Assembly (NCBI GenBank): GCA_044892525.1
Contig: CM097885.1
Location: forward strand, 32,116,001 to 32,180,000
DNA length: 64,000 nt
Source: Schmidtea polychroa
Lineage: Eukaryota
Direction of reading: 5' to 3'
Below, one piece after another: positions 1 to 10,605 of the stretch. How positions within the stretch are numbered: position 1 is the stretch's first letter; each line of letters begins with the position of its first letter. Both the position numbers and the translations under genes were made by a program. The notes under the pieces are model-generated. The model did not search any database and had not been told where the DNA came from. It saw only the letters and a program-made list of their open reading frames with translations.

Positions 1-1080
1 TCGACCTTCCGGTTGACTGGTGGCGGTTTTTGGAATTGATTTACATCGTGCCACGTTTACGTATATTGGCCTGGTGAATGGATTATTTACCAATTTCACT
101 CTTACATTGGTTTCGCCTACGAATAAGATCTCATATGGTCCTTTTCCGTTGCGTTGTAACTTTTTTGTGGTTCCTGGAATTAATTCCGGGGTTTCTATCA
201 TTACCCAATCACCTGTTTGAAACGTATGTTGCTTCACGTTTTTCTTTCGATCGTGTAAATCTTTATAACTTTCCTGGTAGAACTTGATATTTAATCCCGC
301 AGTTTCCCAAATTTCTTGCATTCTTTCCTTGAATTTCGTAACATAATCATCGATCTCCATATACTGCGATATCGGTGGTTGGTATTCCAGGTCAATTGGC
401 ATATTACATTCTCTTCCGTACATTAATTTGAATGGGCTCATTTTCGTTGATGCGTGAATCGACATTCTGTACGCCATAAGACATAGGTTTATGTATTCGT
501 CCCAATCTCGTTGGTGACGGTCGACGTAGTTTGATAACATTTGTATAAGTGTTCCATTAAATCTTTCCGTCATCCCATTGGTTTGAGGATGATACGGTGA
601 TGTTCTCAATTTTGCGATTTTGAAATAGTTCGTTACTTCGCTCATTATCTCACTCATAAAATTAGTTCCCTGATCGGTTAATATCTGTTTTGGTGTTCCA
701 TATCGGCAACATATCTCTTCTACCAAAATTTTTGCGATTGTTTTAGCTTTTTGGTCTGGCATCGCGAATGCTTCTGGAAATTTCGTGAGAAAGTCGGTAA
801 TCACTAAAATGTAAATATTTCCTTTATCTGACTCTGGTAGTGGACCAACTACGTCCATGGATATCATCGTCATCGGCTCTATTGGTACCGGCATTGGCGT
901 CAAAGGTGCTTTCCATTTCGATCCAGTATTTTTCCTGGTCGCACAAGTTAGGCAATTTTTTACCCATTCGGTTACGTCTTCGGTTAACGTAGGCCAAAAA
1001 TATTTCTGTTTCATTCTTGCTAACGTCTTTTTCGATGACATATGTCCTCCCAATCTCCCATCGTGATATTGCGTTAACAA
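1..1080 (-). other. Integrase domain (HHCC, DDE core, GPY), truncated by window edge
   Basis: YHDGRLGGH...CLTC, ISMDVVGP, LTDQGTNF, SPYHPQTNGMTERFNGTL, GKGPYEI. Confidence 0.95.
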
Positions 1081-4000
1081 CTCTTTTCGTCGGTTTTCCG
1101 GTATACACATTAATCGTTTTTCCCCATCCATTATCAGCAACCAATCTTTCTCTATAATATATCGGTGTCGGTGTTTATCCATATGTTCTTTTAATTTTTG
1201 GTCTTTCGCATATACATCTGTCTTTCCGGTTTTTACATAATCGATAATTTGTTTTAATTCCGCGTCCTCTTGTTGGTCCTTTCGCAATTGACAGAAATCC
1301 AAATCTTCCGCTACTATTAAGCATATGCGTTGCATTTCTGAATCTACCAAATCTGGAAAAATAAATCTTGACATACAATCGGCGTTGGCATTTGCTCTTC
1401 CCGCTTTGAATTTTATAAATGGGGAGTATTCTTGCAATTGCATGGCCCATCTCATCAGTCTACTGGACGCTTCTTTATGTTGCCCTAACCACACTAATGG
1501 TTGATGATCTGTGGTTATACATATCTCATGTCCCCATAGTAAGTATCGGAAGTGTTTGATAGCTTGTATTATAGCCAATGCTTCTCGTTCTGTTACCGAA
1601 TAGTTCTTTTCGTGCTTTTTGAATGTTCGACTGTAATACCCGATTACTCTCTCTTTTCCTTCATCGTCTAATTGTCCCAGAATCGCGCCTGCCGCGTACC
1701 CGCTTGCATCCGTTGCCAATAGAAATGGCTTCTTAAAATCTGGGTGTACGAGGATAGGTGCTTCGATTAGTTTATCTCTCAGCGTTTCAAACGCCTCTTG
1801 TTGTTCCTTCCCCCAAATGAACGAAATGTCCTTCTTTACTAATTCCTGGATTGGTTTTGCAATTCCTGCATAATTTTTGATAAATTTGCGATAGTATCCG
1901 CATAATCCTAGAAATTCCTGAACTTGGGTGACAGTTTTCGGTGCTGGACATGTTTTTATTTTCTCAATGTTTCTTGGATCTGGCTCCTTTCCTTTAGCTG
2001 ACACTATGTGTCCCAAAAACGTGACTTTTTCCTTTGCCCAATCGCATTTTGATGGTTTGAGTTTGAGTTTCCACTGTCTTAATCTAATAAATACGTTTCG
2101 GATATCTTCCAGATGTTGTTCAAATGTCGCTGAATAGATTAGTAAATCATCAATATATACCATACATTGTTTGATTCCATGAGTGACAAAGTTCATACAT
2201 CGTTGAAATGATGCTGGTGCGTTGGTTAGTCCGAATGGCATTTTCCTGAATTGATATAGATCTCGTCCCAACGTGAAAGCTGTTTTCTCTTTGTCCTCAT
2301 CTTTGACTTTAATTTGCCAGTATCCACTTTTAAGATCTAAAGAAGTAAAATATGCTGCCCCTTGCAACATCAATAACATCTCATTGATGTCCGGCAATGG
2401 ATAGGTATCTCTCTTGGTTACTGCGTTTAACTTCCGATAATCGATACAGAATCGTTGGGTGCCATCTTTCTTTTTTACCATGACCACTGGGAATTGCCAG
2501 GGTGAGCAACTCGGTTCGATTACTTTTGCGTCCAGCATCTTTTGTACTTCTGCTTCGGCTATTTCTTTTTGCATTTCTGCTAGCTTGTATGGTCTTAATG
2601 CAATTGGAGTTTCATCTATGAGGGGTATTGCATGTAGGGTAACATCGCATGTACCCAAGTCTAAATCTGAGATGGCGAATATATCTTTATATTCTACCAA
2701 CAATCGGTGCAATTTTTTCTTTTCATCATTCGTCAACAACATACTATCTATTGTCCATAATTCATCATCTTTGATCATCTCGTTGGTCATTTTCGGTAAT
2801 TCTATGTCCATCATTGGGGTCAATCTTCCCAATTTTTCGTTCTCATAAATGATTTTGTCTTCCTCTTCGAAATTCGTGATGTTGAGCGGTATCACTCCTT
2901 CTTGGTTTATTGTGATTATTTCTCTTGCGAGTGGTAATTCTCGTCGCTTTTCAAATGACTTGCTTGGTTCAAAGATAACTTCTCCTTCCATACCCGTATC
3001 CACTTTTATCTGACAAATCATCTGCGATTTTGCTGGTACTATTATTTTTTCTGGACATCTGATGACTGCATTCATTTTGCATATTCTACCGGTTTTGTCT
3101 TTTAAACACATGGTTGTTAAGTCAATTACGACTTCTTTTAATAATTCTGGCATCAAATCCGTTCCGATTATGCATGGTACGCTAAGTTTTGTTATTACTG
3201 CCAAATACGTTTCAATTTCGTTGTCCTGGTATCTCAAAGTAGTCCACCATCTTCCGACCACGTCCACTGTTTCTTTACTACATGCTATGATGTGAATTGT
3301 TGTTGATTCGATATCTTTCCAGTGTTTACTGGGGATTTGATTAATCACTATCGCTGATACATTAGCTCCGGTGTCTATCATAGCATTGGTTTCTTTACCA
3401 TTGATTTGAATCATAACTGTTACTGCTGGACCTCCAGGTAGACTCATCGCTGCTATTGTTCTTACGTCATCTGCTTGATCTACACTTTTGGTACGTCGTG
3501 CTGGCATATAATGCATACCGGGTTGACTTGGTAATTGCGGATACATATTTTGTGTCATGGTCAAAGCTGCTTGTGGTCCCACGATATCCGGTGGTATGTA
3601 GCTTCCATTGGCGATCCAGGTATTTGTCTTTTCCTTTTCCCAATATGGTGCCGTTTCCATTGGTTTTTCGTTTGGGTTTCTGTTTGGATATAGACATTTG
3701 TCGTTCCCGTTATCATCGTCGTCACTATCGCTGTTAGATGATTGGCTTCTAAATCGGTCCAAGAATTTTGGCTTATTCTTTTTCAATTGTCGTCTTGTTA
3801 CTTCATCGTACATTACTTTCCGGAATCGTCTGCCTACTTCTTCGTCGGTTCCTTTAATCTTTGTTAATATTTTAATCAATCGCTTTATCCGATGAATGTC
3901 TTTTGAGTGACCATGTAATACCATGGTTTTTGCTAAAAATGGTAAAAAGCCTACTATCATTTTCCAATTTACTTTCTTTTCCCGCTTGTATATATCAAAA

Positions 4001-7000
4001 CAAGCTAACATTTGTGTTAATATTACCCTGACTATCTGAATTATGAGTATGATCCCTAATATCCCGGCCATCATTTGTCCAAAAACTAAGAATCTTCCCC
4101 ACATTGCTTTCATCATGTTTGACGTGGCTTGTTGAAAATGGTCTGGCGATAGTAGCAGTTCGTAATTCGGGCCTGATTGATAATTTGTTCCCCCCGTTAT
4201 TGTAACCATATTTGACAAAATGGATTCTCGTCTGGCTGGGAAGAGTACGTTAAGTCGTGCTGTTTCTAGATCTTCTGGGGAATACATACCACCGTTTGAC
4301 ACGTCTATAGGTTTGAAATCCAGCTCTGTGGCGAGTTCTATTAATCCAAATTTCTTGGGCTCCTCGGATATGGTTTTTCCCGGTAACATCATCCATTTCC
4401 CATCGGGCCTTTCATACAAAGGTCCGTATGCATTAGAACAGTTAAAGAGATTTGGGTAGAAACCCACTGGATTCATAATTCTAGTGACTGGTTGGACGAA
4501 TCGATTTTGTCCTTTATAACGGATTTCTAATTCATTTGCACATCTCTTTTCGGGTAGTATAGATTTTTCTGGCATTCGTGCATACGTCTTGGTACACTGG
4601 TATGTGTACATTACTTCTCCTACCATTCTACCAAAATGTCCATCCGGTAATGGGAGTGATGGCATCGTGTTATCTGGGTGCGTTATCGCAATAGCTAGCT
4701 TTGTTTTCAATATTTCTTTATTCAATGAACACTCGTTTTGTATCAGATCGTAATATACTTTTTGCAAGGTCGTTTGTCCGCGATGAAATAGAAAATCCAT
4801 TTTATTATTTGCATATAAGTATAGTTTTACGTCCTCCGTTGCTATCTTTCCCACTGCTCTATCGATTATTTGTCTCGACATATAGATGCCTGCGTAATTG
4901 GTTTTATATACTATACTGTCACATTTGGTGGTTTCTTTCTCTTTGATAAATCTCATACCTAGATCTGGATCGTCTGTGATTAATGCTGTTGGTGTCTTCT
5001 GCGTTGAAAGTCTCTTTTCTCTGGGAGATGGTGGCATTGGTTTTCCATTTCGCATTCTCACCCTGTCGTTTCCATCCTCGTCGTTCTCGTTCTCATATAT
5101 TTCTCCTTTTACTTCATTGAACAAGGCACTTTTTAACAGTTGGAGTCGGCATTTTTGGGTATTAGCTTCATAGATTATAGTTGATACTCCTGTCTTGCAT
5201 ACGTTTTCTGTAGCTCTACACGCTGGGTTGGTCTTCATTTGGTAATTATTTGCGTCAAATTGCGCTTCGTATTCTTTTAATTCAACCGTATAAGACTCGA
5301 TCACTACTACTCCCGATATTACCTCGCCTCGGATCGTATACGTACCTCCGTTACATGACCCATCTGATGATTTTACTTTTCCGGATACGTAAACACTTTC
5401 GGTTTTAATCATTCCAGTTTGTCCGTGAATCGTCACTCCGTTATGCATTTTTAACGCTCCGGTTCTAAATAGCTCTTTACAGTCCTCTCGTTGTATTGAT
5501 ACGATTTCTTTGTCCAGGCCGGGTAGTATAAGAGTCGAATACGAATATTGTCCACAGTAATATGCGAGTACCTTTTTTGATACCACGCATTCCCTTGCTT
5601 GCGTTCTGATGAAATCTGATTCTTGATATACATGGTAAGTAACTTTTGTTCTTACTATGTCTAATTTGTTGGGTGATGCTTGTCTGCATTCTTCTATGTC
5701 TCTCAACGAGTATTTATCTCTCATTATCATATTATCACAATCGTAGATGGTAAAACCTGTTGCTCCACTTGTGCACAACATCCATATCATCATAGTCATC
5801 ATTAACGAATTTATCGATGCTTTTCGGCTTGCTGGGTCTTTCATGGGTAGTTCCCATTCTAGTTCATTCAACAACTTCTTCAATCTAACTTGCATCGACC
5901 TTTCTTGCTCATTTTTTCGTGGCGCTTGTATAAGTCTTTTCCATCCTCCGGCACGAATAATATGTGGTTCAATAGTATTCTCTATGATTGAAACGGTCAT
6001 TTCCACATGATTTGCAAATTGTTTATTTGGTATTTTCCTCGCAGCTAGTCCCATCAAATTATACATCAAATACGTGATTACCACTAGATGATGTTCGTCA
6101 TCATTTGCATTTGTCGTGAGCAGTTCAATCACTCTCTTCGTTTCATCCCAATCCGTTTTGGTGGTTTTCGTTTTCTCTTTGATTAACTTTGGGATTATCC
6201 CCGAAACGATGTGCCATAATTGTCTAGCTTCCGTACTGGCTACTTTCCGTTGCCACAAACGTCTAAGTTGTGGGTTTGTTATTATTAACATATCTTTGAT
6301 CAATTCTCGTATCCATTTTTCTCCTCTTTCGATCGTTGGTTGGGCTTCCTTTAGATCCCATACTATTTTATCCAATTTTTCTAATCGAACTTGCCCTTGT
6401 TCTTGCTTTAATTGTTCTTTGGTTTTGAACTCAGACTTTTCTCCTTGTTTCTTAGGTCTTCCTTTTGCCCGTTTTTCCATCATCGTTCCGGCTTCTCTGG
6501 TATTTTCGTAATTCGGATTTCTTTCGTTATCCGTTCTGGGTAATGAGCTATCGTTATTTTTTAGCCACTCATTCCATTCATCTATTATTTTATCGGTTTG
6601 ACCTTCTGGTGTTACTTTCGTTGGTTCTCTTTGCTTCTGGAATTGTTCATCCGTTTCGGTTTCCGTAGTATTGTCGATGATTTCTTTGATGTTTAGTTTC
6701 GTTGGTTGTTGATAACTCGTTGATGGCTGGTTATTAGTCCACATTTCGGCTCCTGTCGGCCATCTTACTAATAGCGGTGATCTTTCTCCTGGTTCATCGT
6801 CACTATCTTCCAGGATTATCTCTTCAACTTCTTCAGTTTCATTAGATTTACTTGGTGCTTTGTTCGGACTTGGAGTACTCAAACTGCCTTTTGTTAGTTT
6901 AGTAATTTCACTTTTCCTTTTTAACGGCTTTCCCAACGTTTCTGCCATTGTTAACACATTTGTCTCTTCCAATCTCATGGGTGTTATTCCGACGTCTGCA

Positions 7001-7683
7001 TTATCGTCTAGTGATTTTCCGAATAGTTGCAGATGGAATGGAGTTTCATATGCTAATTTCTTTTTTAATTCTCTAATCTTTGTTGTTGGATGCACCTCTA
7101 GTTCCTCGATGCTCTTGTCCGGATACTTGATTCGGATGTGATACCTCTCCTGAGTGTCTTGTGCCCATTCCTGATTTCTCCATTTTCGAATAATTTGTTC
7201 TAGCTGTTCTGGATACCATTCATTATATTGCCGGTATTCCTCTATTGCCTTTGCCATTCCTCTCAGATTGTGGATGTTCTCTGATGTCTTTAAGATGATG
7301 TTAGCCAACGCTACTACTTGGCGTTTTTGATTTTTCGCTCCCATTGCTAAGATATCGCCTAATTGTTTATATCTTTCTTTCTCTTCTCGTTCTCTTGCTT
7401 CCGTCGCTTCCTCGCCGTCCATATCAGCATATTCCCGTTCCTTTTTCCTCATTGCATGAATGTGTCTCGCTTCATTTTCGCTTTCTGATGTGACATCCGT
7501 CTCGCCTTCGTCATCTGATGTCTGTTCCCTTGCTTCCTCTTCATATTCTGGAGGTTCCTCTTCTTCTTCCTCCGATTCACTTTCTGTCTCACCAATGTCT
7601 GTTTCTACGAAGATTCCTTTCCGGATTTCCCATTCCTTATTTTCTGCATTCCACACTCTTTCCCATTGGGTTCGTCTGCAGGA
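1..7683 (-). CDS. ORF2 polyprotein (>=2561 codons, no stop in window): UBL - Bcl-2-like - signal peptide - class III-type Env - TM - protease - RT - RNase H - integrase
   Basis: Manual translation finds no stop from 7683 to 1. It is in the same frame as ORF1, directly after TGA 7684-7686. First ATG at 7452. Absent from the ORF track, probably because it has no stop in the window. Confidence 0.93.
1360..1740 (-). other. RNase H domain
   Basis: PFLLATDASGYAAGAIL, NYSVTEREALAII, TTDHQPL, ANANADCMSR. Confidence 0.95.
1930..2640 (-). other. Reverse transcriptase domain (Ty3/Gypsy type)
   Basis: SPWQFPVVMVKKKDG, RFCIDYRKLN, LDLKSGYWQI, MPFGLTNAPASFQR, YIDD at 2146-2157. Confidence 0.97.
3070..3420 (-). 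other. Retropepsin aspartic protease domain
   Basis: AMIDTGAN (DTG at 3367-3375) and downstream CIIGTDL. Confidence 0.93.
3997..5817 (-). other. Envelope glycoprotein resembling chuvirus G (class III-type fusogen), with internal signal peptide and TM anchor
   Basis: Signal SINSLMMTMMIWMLCTSGATG|FTIYDC. Motifs YSLRDIEEC, ECVV..YYCG, DGSCNGG, LYLYANNK, ECSLNKEILKTKLA, GEVMYTYQC, FVQPVTRI, NGGMYSPEDL, VLFP occur in the order typical of chuvirus-like glycoproteins. About 14 Cys; TM about 3997-4100. Confidence 0.85.
5932..6321 (-). other. Divergent Bcl-2-fold-like domain
   Basis: BH4-like WIRELIKDML and BH2-like IIENTIEPHIIRAGGWKRL. HHLVV..GGW spans 51 aa, the same as GRIVA..GGW in human BCL2. 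NWGR of BH1 is absent. Confidence 0.55.
6940..7143 (-). other. Ubiquitin-like domain 3
   Basis: YHIRIKYPDKSIEELEVHPTTKIRELKKKL...LQLFGKSLDDNAD matches the ubiquitin pattern LEV.P...I..K.K...L..GK.L.D. No C-terminal GG. Confidence 0.7.
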
Positions 7684-10605
7684 TCAGGTGCTTAATTTCG
7701 TGATTTTTCTTTGTAGTTCTTTTTCTTTTAACCATTGTTGGTGGATTTCAATTATTTCTGTAGATTTTTGATATAACGTTTTCATCCGGTCTCGTATTTC
7801 TTTTTGATAGATTACATCTCTTGTTCGAAATTCATCCATTGGTACTATCCTGATGATCTGATGATTGTCCCACATACCCAATTCGCTTAACGAGGTGTCG
7901 TCTTCCGCTCGTAATATTATTTTATCGTACATCATGACTACATCATCCACCATACCATCACTACTTTCGCTACGTACCTTTTCCGTTATCTCTTGGTTTA
8001 TCTTTGATACCAAGTCATCCACTGTACTCCGATTGCTCATTTTTATTCGTCGTTTTTCTTCGTTCGGTAACCATATGGTTATTTCCAACCTCTGTGGCTG
8101 GGTTTCTTTTAACCTTCCATATTTGTGGATCAAATTTATGGTTCTCCAATCACTCATCCGGAGCATTTCTGTATCTCGCAATCGGCTCATTAGTTCGTAC
8201 ATGGCTGGGGCTCGTCTGGTGATGAGTAAATCCCAGTTGTCTTCTACTTGTTCTTGAATTTGTTTGATCAGCTTATCCAGGTTTCGTCTCAGAGTACATT
8301 GTTTTATTTGTTCTAATTTCAATTTGATATTAAAATCATATTCTGCCTTGGCATCTTTAGCCCAATCGTAAAGGTTGGCTGGTTGTTTTTCTTTATGCAA
8401 CTTCAGTATTTGCGTTTCTCCTGGCCATATTAGTGCATCTACTAAGTGCATATCTGGTTTGATCTGTTCTCCTTGGTATTGATACAGATATTCTTTCTTT
8501 CTCGAACTTCCCAAATGTTCTCGTATCCAATCGAAAAGTTCGTCGGTGACTGTACTTTTGATCCACATTCTTTCAAGTCCTCTGCTCGTTCCGATTTTTA
8601 TTACATACCGCGTGGTATCGGCCTGCTTCATTTTTTCCATATACTTTTTTATAATTGATTTTTCCTCGTTTGGTATTAAATCTTTCTCGTTTCTTTCCAA
8701 TTTCATCACTTTTTGCACGAATCGCCTGAATGGTATTACGTCGATGAACTCTTGGTTTCTCACTACCACCGGGAGTATTTCGGCTACCTGTTTTATCGCT
8801 TCCTCCCTTGCTTTTCTCAACTTTATTTCGATATCCTCGTCTTCACTTCCACTTGTTATCTCGCTTTCGCTTTCTTCCTCTTTGATTTCCCCTTTTGGAG
8901 GTTCGCTTATTTCATTTAGCTGTAGTATTTCTCCACCCAAACTACTTACATAGTCTTTTTCTTCGTCTGACGATGCTACATCTTTTGTCCTTTTCATCAT
9001 ATTGATTTGCAAATTTCTCATCCTTGGTACTCTCTTTAGTTTCTTTCTTTCGAATATCGTTGTTTCTTCTGATTCTAATTCTTGTAGCATTTGGTGGTTT
9101 AGTTGACTGGTTTGTTCCTTGCTCTTGTTATTTTCATCTTCTGTCTCAGCTTTCGCTTTATTATGTTCTTTTTCGATTTTATCTTTTATCTTTTTCCAGA
9201 ATATTTTCTGAATTCTCTGGTTTCCTTTTAAAATCGTGGTTGAATTCTCTGTTTTCATTTCCGTTGTTGTTTCTGTTACCTTTTCTGGTTCAGTCATGGG
9301 TACTACCCTTGGGTTTTTCCCGTAATTGTAACAATACTGGCTTTTCATGTCTTTTACTAACTTCATCATATTAATTCGCAATGGTTGTTCTTGTCGTTGT
9401 TGGTTGCGTTCTTGTTTTATCTTCTCTTCCTCGGCCTGTAGTCTTTGCCATTCTTGTACATGTTGATGCACTTCATAATTGTTGAGATTTTCGGTACTCC
9501 TCATCATACGTATATTCTGGGTTTGTTGTGGTGCTGATTCCGGTCTCGGTCTCATCATTTGTTGCATCATCTGTTTCATCTGCGAGATTTCCTGCATAAC
9601 GTTCATTTGTTTTCCTTCGCTAGGGTTACTTTGTCGTTGCGGATTCGCCATATAATTATTATTTCGCTGTGGTGGTCGTTGTTGTTGGCCCCTTTCTCGG
9701 CAATCTCTGGAGATGTGACCTGGCTGACCACAGTTAAAACAACCTCTCAATTGGCATACATTTTCGGTATGTCCACGCCGTCCGCAACGATTACAATTTG
9801 AATTTCTATAGCAATCTCTGTCCCAGTGTCCTGGTTTACCGCATGTTCGACACTGCTTGTTATTGTTCATATTTCGTCGATTATTAAAATTGTTCTCATT
9901 ATTTGGGTTGCTACGATTACCATTATTCCCATTTGATCGTCCTTGTGGTGGTTTGAAAATTTGGTGCGCTCCTGGTATAAATTGATTCATTTTCGGTTCT
10001 TGATTGTTGTTATCTCCGTTATCCGCTTTCGCTATTGCTGTCGCTATCCTCCCATCCTCTTGCATAATATTCATTTGTGCTGGAAGGTGGAGCTCGCATC
10101 TTGTAGCCCAATCTATGGCTTCCTCTAATGTTTTGCACATTTGACAACCTACTGAGGCTCTTACTTCTTCTCGGCGTAATCCCTCTATGAAATAACCGAT
10201 CAGATTTTCTTCGGGTAATTTTCCATTCATTGCTTTCTTCGCTATTCTCCGCAATTCACTGGCATATAATGTTATCGATTCGTTTGCTCTTTGTTTCCTA
10301 TTTGCTAGTTCGCCCAACGCCTGGTTGATTGGCTTACTGGCTCCGAAGGTTTTCTTCAGGAATGTTTTGATATCTTCCCACTTTTCTAATTTCGTATCTC
10401 TCTCTTTAGCTTCTAAATATACTTCTAATGCGCTATCGCACAAAAACAACGGCATCCTTTTACTAATTGCTTCGGGTGTCCATCCACACACAGTGATATA
10501 AACTTCAAAATTAGTTATGAACGTTGCTAGCTTGTTTGCATTTCCATTGAACGGTTCTCCTCGGAACTTTTCTTTATACTCGTCGGTTTTTACGACATTC
10601 GTCAT
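7684..10605 (-). CDS. ORF1: Gag (capsid plus three CCHC knuckles) extended by acidic/charged linkers and two ubiquitin-like domains
   Basis: 973-aa ORF with retrotransposon-gag-like N-terminus. CX2CX4HX4C knuckles at 9811-9852, 9754-9795 and 9700-9741. Frame stays open without ATG up to 10950. Confidence 0.92.
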   Translation of the reverse strand: MTNVVKTDEYKEKFRGEPFNGNANKLATFITNFEVYITVCGWTPEAISKRMPLFLCDSALEVYLEAKERDTKLEKWEDIKTFLKKTFGASKPINQALGELANRKQRANESITLYASELRRIAKKAMNGKLPEENLIGYFIEGLRREEVRASVGCQMCKTLEEAIDWATRCELHLPAQMNIMQEDGRIATAIAKADNGDNNNQEPKMNQFIPGAHQIFKPPQGRSNGNNGNRSNPNNENNFNNRRNMNNNKQCRTCGKPGHWDRDCYRNSNCNRCGRRGHTENVCQLRGCFNCGQPGHISRDCRERGQQQRPPQRNNNYMANPQRQSNPSEGKQMNVMQEISQMKQMMQQMMRPRPESAPQQTQNIRMMRSTENLNNYEVHQHVQEWQRLQAEEEKIKQERNQQRQEQPLRINMMKLVKDMKSQYCYNYGKNPRVVPMTEPEKVTETTTEMKTENSTTILKGNQRIQKIFWKKIKDKIEKEHNKAKAETEDENNKSKEQTSQLNHQMLQELESEETTIFERKKLKRVPRMRNLQINMMKRTKDVASSDEEKDYVSSLGGEILQLNEISEPPKGEIKEEESESEITSGSEDEDIEIKLRKAREEAIKQVAEILPVVVRNQEFIDVIPFRRFVQKVMKLERNEKDLIPNEEKSIIKKYMEKMKQADTTRYVIKIGTSRGLERMWIKSTVTDELFDWIREHLGSSRKKEYLYQYQGEQIKPDMHLVDALIWPGETQILKLHKEKQPANLYDWAKDAKAEYDFNIKLKLEQIKQCTLRRNLDKLIKQIQEQVEDNWDLLITRRAPAMYELMSRLRDTEMLRMSDWRTINLIHKYGRLKETQPQRLEITIWLPNEEKRRIKMSNRSTVDDLVSKINQEITEKVRSESSDGMVDDVVMMYDKIILRAEDDTSLSELGMWDNHQIIRIVPMDEFRTRDVIYQKEIRDRMKTLYQKSTEIIEIHQQWLKEKELQRKITKLST
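7837..8091 (-). other. Ubiquitin-like domain 2
   Basis: LEITIWLPNEEKRRIKMSNRSTVDDLVSKINQEI...VVMMYDKIILRAEDDTSLSELGMWDNHQIIRIV; beta-grasp UBL pattern (TV..L...I, L.D...LS.LG). Confidence 0.72.
8392..8613 (-). other. Ubiquitin/SUMO-like domain 1
   Basis: RYVIKIGTSRGLERMWIKSTVTDELFDWIREHLG...YLYQYQGEQIKPDMHLVDALIWPGETQILKL; SUMO-like F/Y.Y.G.QI pattern. Confidence 0.55.

Noticed and set aside
2820-3050. dUTPase-like segment between protease and RT
   Set aside because: Beta-rich spacer common in Gypsy pol; none of the five dUTPase motifs is recognisable.
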